DNA of 64,000 nt from Verrucomicrobiota bacterium (GCA_039818205.1 JBCBUK010000002.1:128001-192000); one strand, 5' to 3'. Shown: positions 1 through 9,948, counted from the first letter of the stretch. Notes: generated from the sequence alone by a model not told the origin. Numbers and translations: made by a program.

Positions 1-2
1 CC

Positions 3-467
3 TCGGACTCTGAAACGGGCTACCGCATCGAGCGACGCCTTGCTAGCAACTACGACTGGGAAGTGCTGGTTGATCTGCCCGCGAACACCACGGAATACAC
101 CGATACAACGCTACTGGAGGGAGAGACTTACGTGTATCGGGTCTACGCGCTCGGAGCGTCCCCGCTTACTTCGTCTTATTCCGCCGAGGCGACAGCGGCA
201 GGTGAGTCCAGCATCGTTTTCAGTATTGGCTCATTTGAGGTTGAAGGCTCAAGCTACGAGATCCGATTCGTCGCGGACCCTTCCGAGAGTTATTCCCTGC
301 AACGGAGCACGACACTGGAGCCGAATTCCTGGTCAACCATACCATTTGCCCTGGCACCCGATACGACGCCAGGTGAAACAGAGCTTAGCGGAGCCAGCGG
401 CGTTGCGTTGATTTACTTCCCGATCCCCACCGACGTTAGGAACTTCTATCGCTTGGTTAAGAACTAG
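3..467 (+). CDS. C-terminal fragment of a large secreted protein: fibronectin type III domain plus C-terminal FYRL-type domain (5' end outside window)
   Basis: Frame open from base 3: SDSETGYRIERR...YTDTTL...TYVYRVYA is FN3-like; ends YSLQRSTTL..W...RNFYRLVKN. Confidence 0.75.
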   Translation, partial: SDSETGYRIERRLASNYDWEVLVDLPANTTEYTDTTLLEGETYVYRVYALGASPLTSSYSAEATAAGESSIVFSIGSFEVEGSSYEIRFVADPSESYSLQRSTTLEPNSWSTIPFALAPDTTPGETELSGASGVALIYFPIPTDVRNFYRLVKN

Positions 468-502
468 CGCAAACTATTCCAGGTATGCGGAGAATCCAAC
501 TG

Positions 503-901
503 CTAAGCAGACGCAGTGAGCTTAGCGATGAGGGCGGTGTCGACGAATTCGGTGATGTGCTTGATCTTGAGATTTTCGTCGAACTCGATGTGGTCCATGA
601 TCTGGGTTGTAAATCGGTCATTCGTTGGGGTGTAGACAACGGTTAGGTCGTAGCGGGCGGCAACGTTGAGGCCGTCAACGATCACGTGAATATTCTCCCG
701 TTTCTCCCAGTGCCAAATCGTGATCAACTGGTCAACGACGTCTCGGATCGACGCTTGGCCCAGTTTGGTATTTACGCTTTCGGTTCCGGCAATGGAAATG
801 TTGGCGTCCTCCGCAAAGCAGCAGGCACAGCGGTTGGTGTCATTATCCAGTCGTGATTCGTAGAGGCAGTTCAGGGCTTGTTCAATTTGAGAGCGATCCA
901 T
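503..901 (-). CDS. NTF2/SnoaL-like family protein
   Basis: 132 aa; FAEDA, IHVIVDGLNVAA and KIKHITEFVDT pattern typical of the SnoaL/NTF2 fold. Confidence 0.75.
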   Translation of the reverse strand: MDRSQIEQALNCLYESRLDNDTNRCACCFAEDANISIAGTESVNTKLGQASIRDVVDQLITIWHWEKRENIHVIVDGLNVAARYDLTVVYTPTNDRFTTQIMDHIEFDENLKIKHITEFVDTALIAKLTASA

Positions 902-1092
902 GGTGGGTAGTGGTTGGTGGTTGGGGGAGCGGTTAGGTTTGTGTCTAATGTGCTAATGGCTTGGGAGAGGAATGGCTATCATTTTCTAATGGTTTTTGAG
1001 TGGGGATTGGATGGGCGATCGGTTGATCAAAAGCGGCAGAATTTAATCAACTCACTTGCCACGTGACGCAAATCTGTCACGGTGATCGGGTT

Positions 1093-2226
1093 ATGGAGTA
1101 TCGCGATTTAGTCCGCCCTGATGTTCTAAACCAACCCGTGTACGAACCCGGCAAGCCTATCGAGTATGTGGCCCGGGAGTTCGGCCTGGACGTGGACTCA
1201 ATCTTGAAGCTCGCCTCGAACGAAAATCCCTTGGGCGCTTCGCCGAAAGGTTTGGAGGCTGCGCAGAAGGCCCTGCTAGAGTCCCATTTGTATCCGGATG
1301 GTGGCTGCTGGGAGTTGCGGAATGCCTTGGCGGAACAGTTCACGATGCAGCCCGATCAGTTCGTGGTCACCAATGGCTCCAATGAGTTCATGACCTTGCT
1401 TTGTCAGGCTTTTTCCGGGCCAGGTGACGAAGTGGTGATGGGCGCTCAGAGCTTTATCGCGTTCAAAATCGGCGTTTTATTGGCCGATGCCACGCCGGTC
1501 GAGGTGCCGATGCCAGATATGCGGCACGATTTGGACGCCCTGGCTGCTGCCGTGACCGAGCGAACCAAACTGGTTTATTTGCCCTGCCCGAACAACCCAA
1601 CGGGGGATTGCCATTCGCAGGAGGCGATTGAGGCCTTGATTGATCGGTTACCCGAGCACGTGATTTTCTGTTTCGACGAGGCATACGCGGAATACTCCGA
1701 GAATGCTCCTGATCTCAGACCGCTGATCGCGGCGGGACGCAAGGTCGTTTGTTGCCGGACCTTTTCCAAGATCTACGGGCTGGCGGCATTCCGAGTGGGC
1801 TACGCTTACGGCGACCCGGAATTGATCAAATTGCTCAATCGCGTGCGGGCGCCGTTCAACGTTAATGCGATTGGCCAGGCGGCGGCCACGGCGGCTTTGG
1901 CGGATATTGATCACGTTAACCAATCTAAGGCCACCAATGACGCGGGGCTCAAGCAATTGTCCACCGGCTTTGAGGCGCTCAATCTCGAATACCGAGCCGA
2001 AGGAGGGAATTTTGCGCTGATAAAGGTTGAAAACCCCCAGCAAATATTTGAAAGCTTGCAGCAACAAGCTGTTATTGTTCGTCCGTTGAAACCATATTCG
2101 CTAGCTCATCATGTTCGGGTAACCGTTGGCACCGAGGCGCAGAATGCGCGCCTGCTGGAGTGTCTTGCGGCTACTATCCAGGGGAAAAATACGGATGCCC
2201 CTTGCGATGAGCAGCCCACACTGTGA
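1093..2226 (+). CDS. hisC: Histidinol-phosphate aminotransferase
   Basis: KLASNENPLG, NNPTG, DEAY and PLP-lysine motif RTFSKIYGLAAFRVGY; ATG 1093 preferred over GTG 1063. Confidence 0.93.
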   Translation: MEYRDLVRPDVLNQPVYEPGKPIEYVAREFGLDVDSILKLASNENPLGASPKGLEAAQKALLESHLYPDGGCWELRNALAEQFTMQPDQFVVTNGSNEFMTLLCQAFSGPGDEVVMGAQSFIAFKIGVLLADATPVEVPMPDMRHDLDALAAAVTERTKLVYLPCPNNPTGDCHSQEAIEALIDRLPEHVIFCFDEAYAEYSENAPDLRPLIAAGRKVVCCRTFSKIYGLAAFRVGYAYGDPELIKLLNRVRAPFNVNAIGQAAATAALADIDHVNQSKATNDAGLKQLSTGFEALNLEYRAEGGNFALIKVENPQQIFESLQQQAVIVRPLKPYSLAHHVRVTVGTEAQNARLLECLAATIQGKNTDAPCDEQPTL

Positions 2227-3539
2227 ACACGATCACTTTTTGGGACTTTCTCGCCTTAGGCGTCGGCTTGATTGGTCTTCTAATCATCAACGCCTTGCTG
2301 GTGGCCTGCGAGATCAGCCTGGTGAAGCTTCGCTATGCGGATCCGGGTGAGTTTGATCCGGCCAAGCTGCGCAAACGTAAACGGATCGCCTACCTGATGG
2401 ATCGTGCCGACTGGGCGGCTCCGGTGATACGTTTTTCGATCATGGCGGTCACCATTGCCCTCGGCTTGTTGCTGTTTCCCCTGCTGAAATATGCGATGGC
2501 CTCCGCGGATTTCTTCCAGAGCCAGCCGGGTACATCGATCAAAGCGATTGTTGCCTTCTTCATCGCGGCATCCGTGATCAGTTTGTTTGGCTTTTTGATC
2601 CCGCGGGCGTTTGCGCTTTCAAATCCGATTCGGGCGCTGGGTACTTCCTCATGGGCGGTCATCGGGCTGATCACCGTTCTGCTGCCTTGGTTTAAACTAC
2701 AGCGTAGCATCGCACGGAGCCTTTCGAAGATGATGGGCATCAATTTTCAGCACGACTTCAACGTGCAGGATATCGAGGTGCAGATTCGTGCCCTAGCCGA
2801 AGACCAGCAACCGCCGACCGCCTACGTGCGCAAAATGCTGCGTAACGCCCTGCGTATGCGAGATTTGGAGGTCAGCGATGTGCTCCTGCCTCGGAATCAG
2901 GTTCAATTTTTCAACACCGAACAGTCGGTAGAAGAGAATCTCCAGCTCGCTCGAGAGACTGGGCATACGCGATTTCCGCTTTGCGATGGCGATTTAGACC
3001 GCTGTAGCGGACTGATACATATCAAGGACCTCTTCCGTCGGACTGGCCCGGTTGAGACCCTTGGTCTAGAATCGATCACGCGAAAGATCGAGCGCTTCCC
3101 ACATGACATGAAGCTCGAGGTTGCCCTGCAGCGGATGCTCGCGCAAAAGGGGCACATGGCCTTGGTCTCCGATGAGTTTGGCGGCGCCCTCGGAGTGGTC
3201 ACGCTCGAAACAATTCTCGAGGAGCTTGTGGGCGATATCGACGACGAGTTTGATACCCCTGAGACCGAGGAGCTTACTCAGACGGGCCCCGACGAATATA
3301 TGGTCGATGGTCTCATGGCGATCCATGACCTCGAGGAAGAGCTGAGCGTCGATATTCATACTGATGAGGTTTCGACCGTTGGCGGATTGATTACCTCCGA
3401 GTTGGGGAGGATCCCGGAAATGGACGAGCAGATAGTGCTCGATAAGTGGGGCCTCGAGTTTGTGGTCAAGGAAGTGGACGAGCGCCGCGTTCTCGCCGCT
3501 GCCGTCAAAAAAATCCCCGTCGTCGAAGAAGAGGATTAG
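2223..3539 (+). CDS. Hemolysin/CNNM family (DUF21-CBS-CorC) membrane protein
   Basis: N-terminal TM segments with EISLV; CBS pair (GHTRFPL, HIKDL, DEFGG..GVVTLE.ILEELVGDI.DE); CorC tail; GTGA overlap with hisC. Confidence 0.9.
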   Translation: MNTITFWDFLALGVGLIGLLIINALLVACEISLVKLRYADPGEFDPAKLRKRKRIAYLMDRADWAAPVIRFSIMAVTIALGLLLFPLLKYAMASADFFQSQPGTSIKAIVAFFIAASVISLFGFLIPRAFALSNPIRALGTSSWAVIGLITVLLPWFKLQRSIARSLSKMMGINFQHDFNVQDIEVQIRALAEDQQPPTAYVRKMLRNALRMRDLEVSDVLLPRNQVQFFNTEQSVEENLQLARETGHTRFPLCDGDLDRCSGLIHIKDLFRRTGPVETLGLESITRKIERFPHDMKLEVALQRMLAQKGHMALVSDEFGGALGVVTLETILEELVGDIDDEFDTPETEELTQTGPDEYMVDGLMAIHDLEEELSVDIHTDEVSTVGGLITSELGRIPEMDEQIVLDKWGLEFVVKEVDERRVLAAAVKKIPVVEEED

Positions 3540-3692
3540 GCTAGTTTTTCGCACTCGAACCCGGTTTTGTAGAATTTCTCGGATTGCCGGGAATGGCTGA
3601 CCGACCAAACCCAATAAAACCCGTGGGCTGAGCTCCAACGGTTTTCCGGGAAGAAGCAGCTACTGCTGCCTCTCGATCCAATTGGACGTTGG

Positions 3693-4907
3693 CTAGCGGC
3701 GGAAGCCGCCTGGGCGATTGTTGAAGCCGCGGTTGCGTTTCTTTCGCGGAATAGCTGCACCTGGTGCTTTGAGGTCGGGCTCATTACGATAGCGAAATTC
3801 TTCCAACTTGCGCCTTGGAATCGGCTTGTCGATGTAGCGCTCGATAGCATCTAGGAAGGCGATCTCGTCACTCGAATACAGCGTGTAGGCTTCACCCTCA
3901 GTGGCAGCGCGGCCCGTTCGACCAATCCGGTGGACATAGTCTTCTGGGTTTTGTGGCACGTTGTAGTTGATGACGTGAGTGACGCCGGAAATGTCGAGAC
4001 CGCGCGAGGCGATATCGGTGGCGACAAGGATTTCGTAGCGTCCCTCCTTGAAGCCGGAAAGGGCTTCGCGACGTTCGCTTTGAGACCGATCGGCGTGCAT
4101 GATAGCGACTGTGTGCTCGTGGTCTTGGAGCCAGCGCGCAACGCGATCCGCATCGATCTTGGTGCGGGTAAAAACGAGCACGCTGTTGTAGTCAAACTTG
4201 CTCAGCATGGCCAAAAGGAGGTCATACTTCTGGATGCCGTCGACCGGGAAAATGGCGTGGTCAACCGTGTCAGCAGTCTTGCTCGTCGATTGTATCGCAA
4301 TCTGCTCGGGATCCTGGAGCACCCAGTTCGCGAGGTTGAGAATCTTATCGGGGAGCGTCGCCGAAAATAGTAGGGTTTGACGGTCTTTTGGGCAATGGCG
4401 AACGATGTCCGCAACCTGCTCGATAAAGCCCATATCGAGCATCCGGTCGACCTCGTCGAGCACGAGAATCTCCAGATTTTCGAGGCTCAGATTCTTTTGC
4501 TGCAGGTGGTCAATCAGCCGTCCAGGGGTTGCCACGACAACATCTGGGCCCGCATCGAGCGCTTTCAGCTGGGCGCCATATTTGACGCCGCCGTAAATTA
4601 AGACCTTGGTCAAGTCGAGGTGCTTCCCATAGAGCTCCAGCTGTTCGTCCACCTGACCAGCGAGTTCGCGGGTTGGTTCTAGGATGAGGGCGCGCGGAGC
4701 ATTCTCCGAGTGCTTCTCTAGCTTGGAAATCAGGGGCAGGGTAAAGGCGGCGGTCTTACCGGTGCCAGTCTGCGCTGAGCCAATCACGTCTTTGCCGGCC
4801 ATCACCACAGGGATAGCCTGTGCCTGAATGGGTGTCGGATTCGTGTAGCCTTTGTCGCGGACTGCCTCCGTCACGGCGGGCAGCAAATTCAGATCATCAA
4901 ATGTCAT
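3693..4907 (-). CDS. rhlE: DEAD-box RNA helicase (RhlE-like)
   Basis: Q motif, AQTGTGKT, PTRELA, TPGR, DEVD, SAT, SRGLD, HRIGRTGR. Confidence 0.9.
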   Translation of the reverse strand: MTFDDLNLLPAVTEAVRDKGYTNPTPIQAQAIPVVMAGKDVIGSAQTGTGKTAAFTLPLISKLEKHSENAPRALILEPTRELAGQVDEQLELYGKHLDLTKVLIYGGVKYGAQLKALDAGPDVVVATPGRLIDHLQQKNLSLENLEILVLDEVDRMLDMGFIEQVADIVRHCPKDRQTLLFSATLPDKILNLANWVLQDPEQIAIQSTSKTADTVDHAIFPVDGIQKYDLLLAMLSKFDYNSVLVFTRTKIDADRVARWLQDHEHTVAIMHADRSQSERREALSGFKEGRYEILVATDIASRGLDISGVTHVINYNVPQNPEDYVHRIGRTGRAATEGEAYTLYSSDEIAFLDAIERYIDKPIPRRKLEEFRYRNEPDLKAPGAAIPRKKRNRGFNNRPGGFRR

Positions 4908-5060
4908 GCAAAAGGCTTGTTAATAAAGGGATTCCACCACAAGGAAAGGAAATTCGCATACTCCCGAGGACCAATTCATTATTGCGGTTCGCTGATTGAT
5001 CAGCCTTGGACCGGGTCCGACGAGATATCTCGGATCGAAATGCGTCCGCGGACCGACGGC

Positions 5061-5666
5061 TCACTTCCGCACCTCGTAGACGGCGTAGCCAGCAAACAGG
5101 CTCGGGAGAAATGTGCACGGCGTGCGCCAGTCGTCCGAAAGGAACACCTGTCGCTCAATTGCGATGCCTTCTTCCTGGCAATAATTCTCAAAGCTCGAGA
5201 CGCTAACTGGGTTGGAGGCGCGACTGGTCCACCACGCGTCAGGATAGACTTCGTTGCGAATTCGGCTACCATTTTTGAGCATCTCCCAGCGGTTGACCCA
5301 ATAGCCGTGGTTAACAAATCCGACGGCTAGGCGTTTACCGACCCGAAGGGCCTCCAGCAAAATCGTGTGCGGGGTGCCCAATTCCTGAAGGGTCCGCGAG
5401 CAAACGACCCAATCGAAGGCATTTTCTTCGAAGGTGCCCAGGATTTCCGCGATGTCGCCCTGGTAGGCGGGAACGTCGCGTTTAACGCATCCGGTGATTT
5501 TGCCAAGATCGTTGTCCACCCCGACGGCGTAGCAATTTTTGCGGTTGATCAGCTCCTGGAGCAATATCCCGCGCCCGCAACCGAGATCGAGCACGCGCGC
5601 ATCATCCGCAATCCACTCTAGGAGGATCTGCAGGTCCATCTCGCGCTTGACGGCATGTCGTCCCAT
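5061..5666 (-). CDS. metW: Methionine biosynthesis protein MetW (SAM-binding fold)
   Basis: RVLDLGCGRG, SRTLQE, EALRVGK...FVNHGYW. Confidence 0.85.
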   Translation of the reverse strand: MGRHAVKREMDLQILLEWIADDARVLDLGCGRGILLQELINRKNCYAVGVDNDLGKITGCVKRDVPAYQGDIAEILGTFEENAFDWVVCSRTLQELGTPHTILLEALRVGKRLAVGFVNHGYWVNRWEMLKNGSRIRNEVYPDAWWTSRASNPVSVSSFENYCQEEGIAIERQVFLSDDWRTPCTFLPSLFAGYAVYEVRK

Positions 5667-5782
5667 AAAACCGGCCAGCTTGACGCTTTCCGTTCCTGAG
5701 TAAACGCATTTTTATGGCTTAAAGGATATCCAGTAGCGCAAAAAACTTGCCCCAGCCCCTGACGCTGGCTTTCGTGACGTCT

Positions 5783-6154
5783 ATGGATAAGCTCGACGAG
5801 ATTTTTCAGCTGCAAGAAGCGCTCAATAAGCGAATCGGGGTCGATACTTCGACGTTAACGGAAGAAGAAAAGGTCAAGTGGCTATTGAATTACACCCGGG
5901 CCTTTCAGCAAGAGACAGCCGAGCTGATTGATTCCGTGCCCTGGAAATGGTGGGCGAAGTACCAGGAGTTTGATCAGCAAAACGCGAAAGTTGAGATCGT
6001 CGATCTGTTTCATTTTTTGATCTCAGCGGCTCAAGTGCTCGGCATGACAGCCGATGACGTGTATGAGGCTTACACGAAAAAGAATAAGGTCAACCACGAC
6101 CGCCAAGACAGTGGCTACACTGTTAAGGACGAGGCAGACTCGAAGCATATTTAG
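5783..6154 (+). CDS. Dimeric all-alpha dUTPase (dUTPase_2 family)
   Basis: ETAELIDSVPWKWW, EIVDLFHF, KNKVNHDRQDSGY; ATG 5783. Confidence 0.85.
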   Translation: MDKLDEIFQLQEALNKRIGVDTSTLTEEEKVKWLLNYTRAFQQETAELIDSVPWKWWAKYQEFDQQNAKVEIVDLFHFLISAAQVLGMTADDVYEAYTKKNKVNHDRQDSGYTVKDEADSKHI

Positions 6155-6193
6155 CGAGCCTCTCCTGAATTCCGGCTGTTCCCATCCATCCCT

Positions 6194-7477
6194 ATGTTCC
6201 ACTACAAGCTTGCCCGAAACCATGACCCGCGAGTGGCGGGGCAGGCGCTATTGGCGGAGCTCAGCACGTGGGCGAATGCCTGTGTGCGACGATACATGGA
6301 TCAGCCGCCGATTGAGGGGCTCGATCAAGCGGTCTACGCGGCTGGTTGGTTGCCTTTGATTTATTTTGAGCCGAATCACCCGGCTGCAGATTTGCTGGAG
6401 CAGATTCGTGATGATGTCGCCGAGAATTCGATCGAGAATGGCGCCTGGCACCATGGTTATTGGCGCATGGCCGATATTAGTATGGGAATGCGCCACTTTG
6501 AGGTGTTTTTGGGCTCATTGGCCCGCCTGAATTCGGACATGGTTACCGGTGGGCAAATCTTGCATGCTGCCGAGCACATCGGGAACTGGTGCGAGGATGT
6601 TCCGACTTGGTTTGATGAGTCTCGTGGATGTTTTCATTCCCATTTCTTCGGAACTGAGGGCGCGGAAAAGGATTCCTGTGGCTTTGATACACCGGAGCAT
6701 TTCCACTGCATCAATTTGGCGCTAATCGCTTTTCGCCTGAACCAGTCCCGGCGTTATGCTGAGTGGGCAATTCGTTATGGTGGTCGCTGGGCTGACGCTA
6801 TTTTGGCAAATTCGATGTTGCCGGTCGGCCTCGATGAGAAGGGAGCGGTGCTGGAGCCGAATCTGGGTCCGGATGCGCGCGAGAATTTATACCGAGCTGA
6901 GGCGTTCTTAGCAGCAGACGCCGTGCAATCCCTGCTCAAGCTGTGGAATGTTTCCGGAGAGGACCGTTTTCGTCAGGCGGCTGAGAAAATTATCGAGACA
7001 CTGTTACCGGAGCTGATTGACCCGGATGCGGGCGGTCTCGCTGCGGCAATTCGTTTTTACCGCCGGATTACCAAGAGCGATCGATTTGACGCCAAGGTCA
7101 TGGAAGAGTTCGGGTATTTGTTGCCCTACACAATCGACTTTATCGATTTAGACACCGCCCCAATTTACGATGAGTGCCCATTGGGATTGGGGAAGAGCGC
7201 TGACTTGCCACATTGGCGGGAAGACAACCAGACACGGCAGCATAATCCTGTTTTGATCGCGCTGGCGGCGGAAATTTCCAACGATGCAACCTTGGCTGCC
7301 CGAGCGCTGGACCTCGGAACTGCCTATTTGTCATTGGCTCAGCGGGCGTTTCCGGATGGCCGCGAAGACAGTGATTCGGCTCGCACCGTTTCAGCAATCG
7401 CCCGCGGGCATGCTCGCGACAATAACGCGGGCGTTGTGACGGAAGTTCTGGTGCCGCTAATGGCACGTTTTAAGTAA
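6194..7477 (+). CDS. Hypothetical protein, possibly (alpha/alpha) barrel
   Basis: 427-aa ORF filling the gap between dUTPase and purK; Trp/His-rich; no family recognised. Confidence 0.7.
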   Translation: MFHYKLARNHDPRVAGQALLAELSTWANACVRRYMDQPPIEGLDQAVYAAGWLPLIYFEPNHPAADLLEQIRDDVAENSIENGAWHHGYWRMADISMGMRHFEVFLGSLARLNSDMVTGGQILHAAEHIGNWCEDVPTWFDESRGCFHSHFFGTEGAEKDSCGFDTPEHFHCINLALIAFRLNQSRRYAEWAIRYGGRWADAILANSMLPVGLDEKGAVLEPNLGPDARENLYRAEAFLAADAVQSLLKLWNVSGEDRFRQAAEKIIETLLPELIDPDAGGLAAAIRFYRRITKSDRFDAKVMEEFGYLLPYTIDFIDLDTAPIYDECPLGLGKSADLPHWREDNQTRQHNPVLIALAAEISNDATLAARALDLGTAYLSLAQRAFPDGREDSDSARTVSAIARGHARDNNAGVVTEVLVPLMARFK

Positions 7478-7552
7478 TGCTTGGGCATTGCCTTCGGGTC
7501 CGCTGCGCAGTTTTTCAGTTGCATTTCCTTTCTGGAATCCGCCAATGGTGCC

Positions 7553-8698
7553 ATGCAGACGATTTATCAGCCGGGAGCAACGATTGGTATGTTGGGTGGC
7601 GGTCAGTTGGGCCGAATGAGCATTTTGGCCGGTCGGGCCCTGGGCTACCGATTCCATGTTTTTGAGCCGAAGGCGGGGTGCTGTGCCACCTCGGTTGCGG
7701 ATGGCCAAACCGTGGCGGACTATAGTAATGCCGAGGCGCTGCGGGAGTTTGCCAGCCACTGCGATGTGGTGACTCTGGAGTTTGAGAATGTGGCCCGGGA
7801 GGCCGTTGATGTTGTAACCGAGGCAGGGGTGCCGGTTCACCCAGGGGGCAACGTTTTGCATATTTGCCAGAATCGGCGCCGCGAAAAAGAATTTTTACGC
7901 GACAACGGTTTTCCCTGTGTTGATTTTCGGGTTGTCGCGAATGCCGAAGAGTTTGCCCAGGCTGTTGCTGAGCTAGGCACGCCATGCGTTCTCAAGACAG
8001 CTGATTTTGGCTACGATGGAAAAGGTCAGGTTAAGGTCGAGGACGCTTCGGCCGATTTGGCCCAGATTTGGAAGGACCATGATTGCCCAATGGGCGTGGT
8101 TGAAGCCTGGGCACCGTTTGCTGCTGAATGCTCGATCGTGGTTGCACGAGGTTATCGAGGAGAGTGCTCGGCGTTTCCAATGGCGGAGAATGTTCATCGC
8201 AATCATATCCTTCACCAGAGCATCGTGCCTGCGCGTATGCCTGAGGAAATTGAAATGCAGGCGGTGGACCTCGCAGTGCGCATTGCGCATGCCTTGGAGG
8301 TGGTGGGCCTGATCGCGGTTGAGTTTTTCGTGATGCCCGACGGCACGTTGCTGGTAAACGAATGTGCGCCTCGCCCCCATAATAGTGGGCACTACACAAT
8401 GGATGCCTGCCGCACCAGTCAGTTTGAGCAGCATGTTCGCGCGGTGACCGGTATGCCTTTGGGAAATACCAGTCAGTTCCGGCCGGCGGTTATGGTTAAT
8501 TTACTGGGAGATGTCTGGCGGGACGGTCAAACGCCGGATTGGAGCCGGCTTTTGGCGGATCCTGATGTGAAGCTTCACCTCTACGATAAAGGAGAGCCGA
8601 AGCAAGGCCGCAAAATGGGCCACTTCACCGTCGTTAAGGATTCGATCGAAGAGGCAATGTTGACTGCGGACCATGTGTTCGCCGCTCTTGATCAATAG
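7553..8698 (+). CDS. purK: N5-carboxyaminoimidazole ribonucleotide synthase
   Basis: IGMLGGGQLGRM, TLEFENV, GYDGKGQ, NECAPRPHNSGH, SQFEQH, RKMGH. Confidence 0.95.
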   Translation: MQTIYQPGATIGMLGGGQLGRMSILAGRALGYRFHVFEPKAGCCATSVADGQTVADYSNAEALREFASHCDVVTLEFENVAREAVDVVTEAGVPVHPGGNVLHICQNRRREKEFLRDNGFPCVDFRVVANAEEFAQAVAELGTPCVLKTADFGYDGKGQVKVEDASADLAQIWKDHDCPMGVVEAWAPFAAECSIVVARGYRGECSAFPMAENVHRNHILHQSIVPARMPEEIEMQAVDLAVRIAHALEVVGLIAVEFFVMPDGTLLVNECAPRPHNSGHYTMDACRTSQFEQHVRAVTGMPLGNTSQFRPAVMVNLLGDVWRDGQTPDWSRLLADPDVKLHLYDKGEPKQGRKMGHFTVVKDSIEEAMLTADHVFAALDQ

Positions 8699-8774
8699 GC
8701 AGGGTTTGGATTGGCGTGCTTTCATCGCGCCAAATGTCTTGATCATCACGGACGCTTGCGCCACGGTGAGCTTT

Positions 8775-9245
8775 ATGCGCAAATCCCTTGTTTATCCTCT
8801 AGCTATTGCCTCGCTCATTCTTGCTGCTTGTGGAGGCGATAAAGACGAGCATGTGATTGAAGTGAACGAAGAAAAATTCGCTGAGGCTCATCCTGAGAAC
8901 AACACCTCGGGCACTGTCTTGACGGCACCTCGGAATTTCGCGATTCAGTTCAACGCGCCGAGTCCGGCATGGACGGTAAAGATCGAGTCGGTTTGGACCG
9001 TCGGTGTTCAGAACTGGATCATTGCTCGAATGTCGGAAAGTGAAGAGCCGGCAGCTCAGGTCGTAACCAAAGTAAGTGATGTTGTGAAAGTCTACGCGCC
9101 CGAGTTGCCCGTAGTCTACTACGTCATGGGGGAGCCCGACGGTTGGACCAGTAAAAATCCGAATCTCGTCTACATTGATAGTCTTGATGAGATTCAGGAG
9201 GGCTTGAATGCGGGTTCACAGATTTGGCCCGAGCTAAAAGAGTAA
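8775..9245 (+). CDS. Hypothetical lipoprotein
   Basis: Signal peptide MRKSLVYPLAIASLI followed by lipobox LAAC-GG. Confidence 0.8.
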   Translation: MRKSLVYPLAIASLILAACGGDKDEHVIEVNEEKFAEAHPENNTSGTVLTAPRNFAIQFNAPSPAWTVKIESVWTVGVQNWIIARMSESEEPAAQVVTKVSDVVKVYAPELPVVYYVMGEPDGWTSKNPNLVYIDSLDEIQEGLNAGSQIWPELKE

Positions 9246-9403
9246 ACGCCAGGTAGCGCGCCACATCTCCTCGTCGGATCATTTTGCTGCCCATCTGTTG
9301 GCGGGTTAGTCGTTCGCATTCCTCGAGTTCTGAATTTGCGGGATCTCGTTGCTTCTTGGCGACCTTCCTTGACCTGGTGTGCGTTTCCGATAGAACCCGC
9401 AGA

Positions 9404-9613
9404 GTGAGCCACAACGAAGAAAATCAACGGATATCGTTAGAGTCGCGCCTTGCCCATCTGGAGCGACACGTCGAAGAACAGGACCGCGAGATCTATCGTC
9501 AAAGCGAGTTGATCAAGCGACTGGTTCGGGAGGTCGAATCGCTCCGGGATCAGATGCAAGATGCCCGCGACGGAAAATCACCTCCCGTGGACGAGCGGCC
9601 ACCGCATTACTAG
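9404..9613 (+). CDS. slyX: SlyX family protein
   Basis: RISLESRLAHLE coiled coil and C-terminal DERPPHY; GTG start 9404. Confidence 0.88.
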   Translation: MSHNEENQRISLESRLAHLERHVEEQDREIYRQSELIKRLVREVESLRDQMQDARDGKSPPVDERPPHY

Positions 9614-9817
9614 AAATCGCGACGGATCGGATTGGTGAACCGCGGGTTCATGAAAATGTCGCCAGTTTGACGCTAGAACGTTACCGATGGATTGTGAAAA
9701 GGCGGGCTTGTGGCCGGTTTTTTGCTGTAACTTAATGATACATGAGCCCTAATAGGCTCTACAGTATTTACCTGACTTTAAGGCATATACGAAAGTTACC
9801 TTAAGGTGACTTTTGGG

Positions 9818-9826
9818 TGTGAATAA
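9818..9826 (-). promoter_or_regulatory. DnaA box upstream of nrdB
   Basis: TGTGAATAA on + = TTATTCACA on -, matching TTATNCACA. Confidence 0.45.
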
Positions 9827-9948
9827 CTTGGTGGTAACTAAAAATATCTCTTCCTTGTCGGTAGGGCCGATTTTGTGGCATTCTTGTGACGATCTCCCCT
9901 GAGCGCCATTGGTGCATTCCCCTCGTTTATTCCCAATTCTCCCTGCTT

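Noticed and set aside
1022..1081. Inverted repeats GTTGATCAAA...TTTAATCAAC and CGTGAC-N8-GTCACG upstream of hisC
   Set aside because: Spacing fits neither FNR (TTGAT-N4-ATCAA) nor CRP (TGTGA-N6-TCACA); no regulator can be assigned.
3536..3850. 104-aa minus-strand ORF spanning the helicase 3' end and the gap to the CNNM gene
   Set aside because: Overlaps the helicase out of frame and has no recognisable features.
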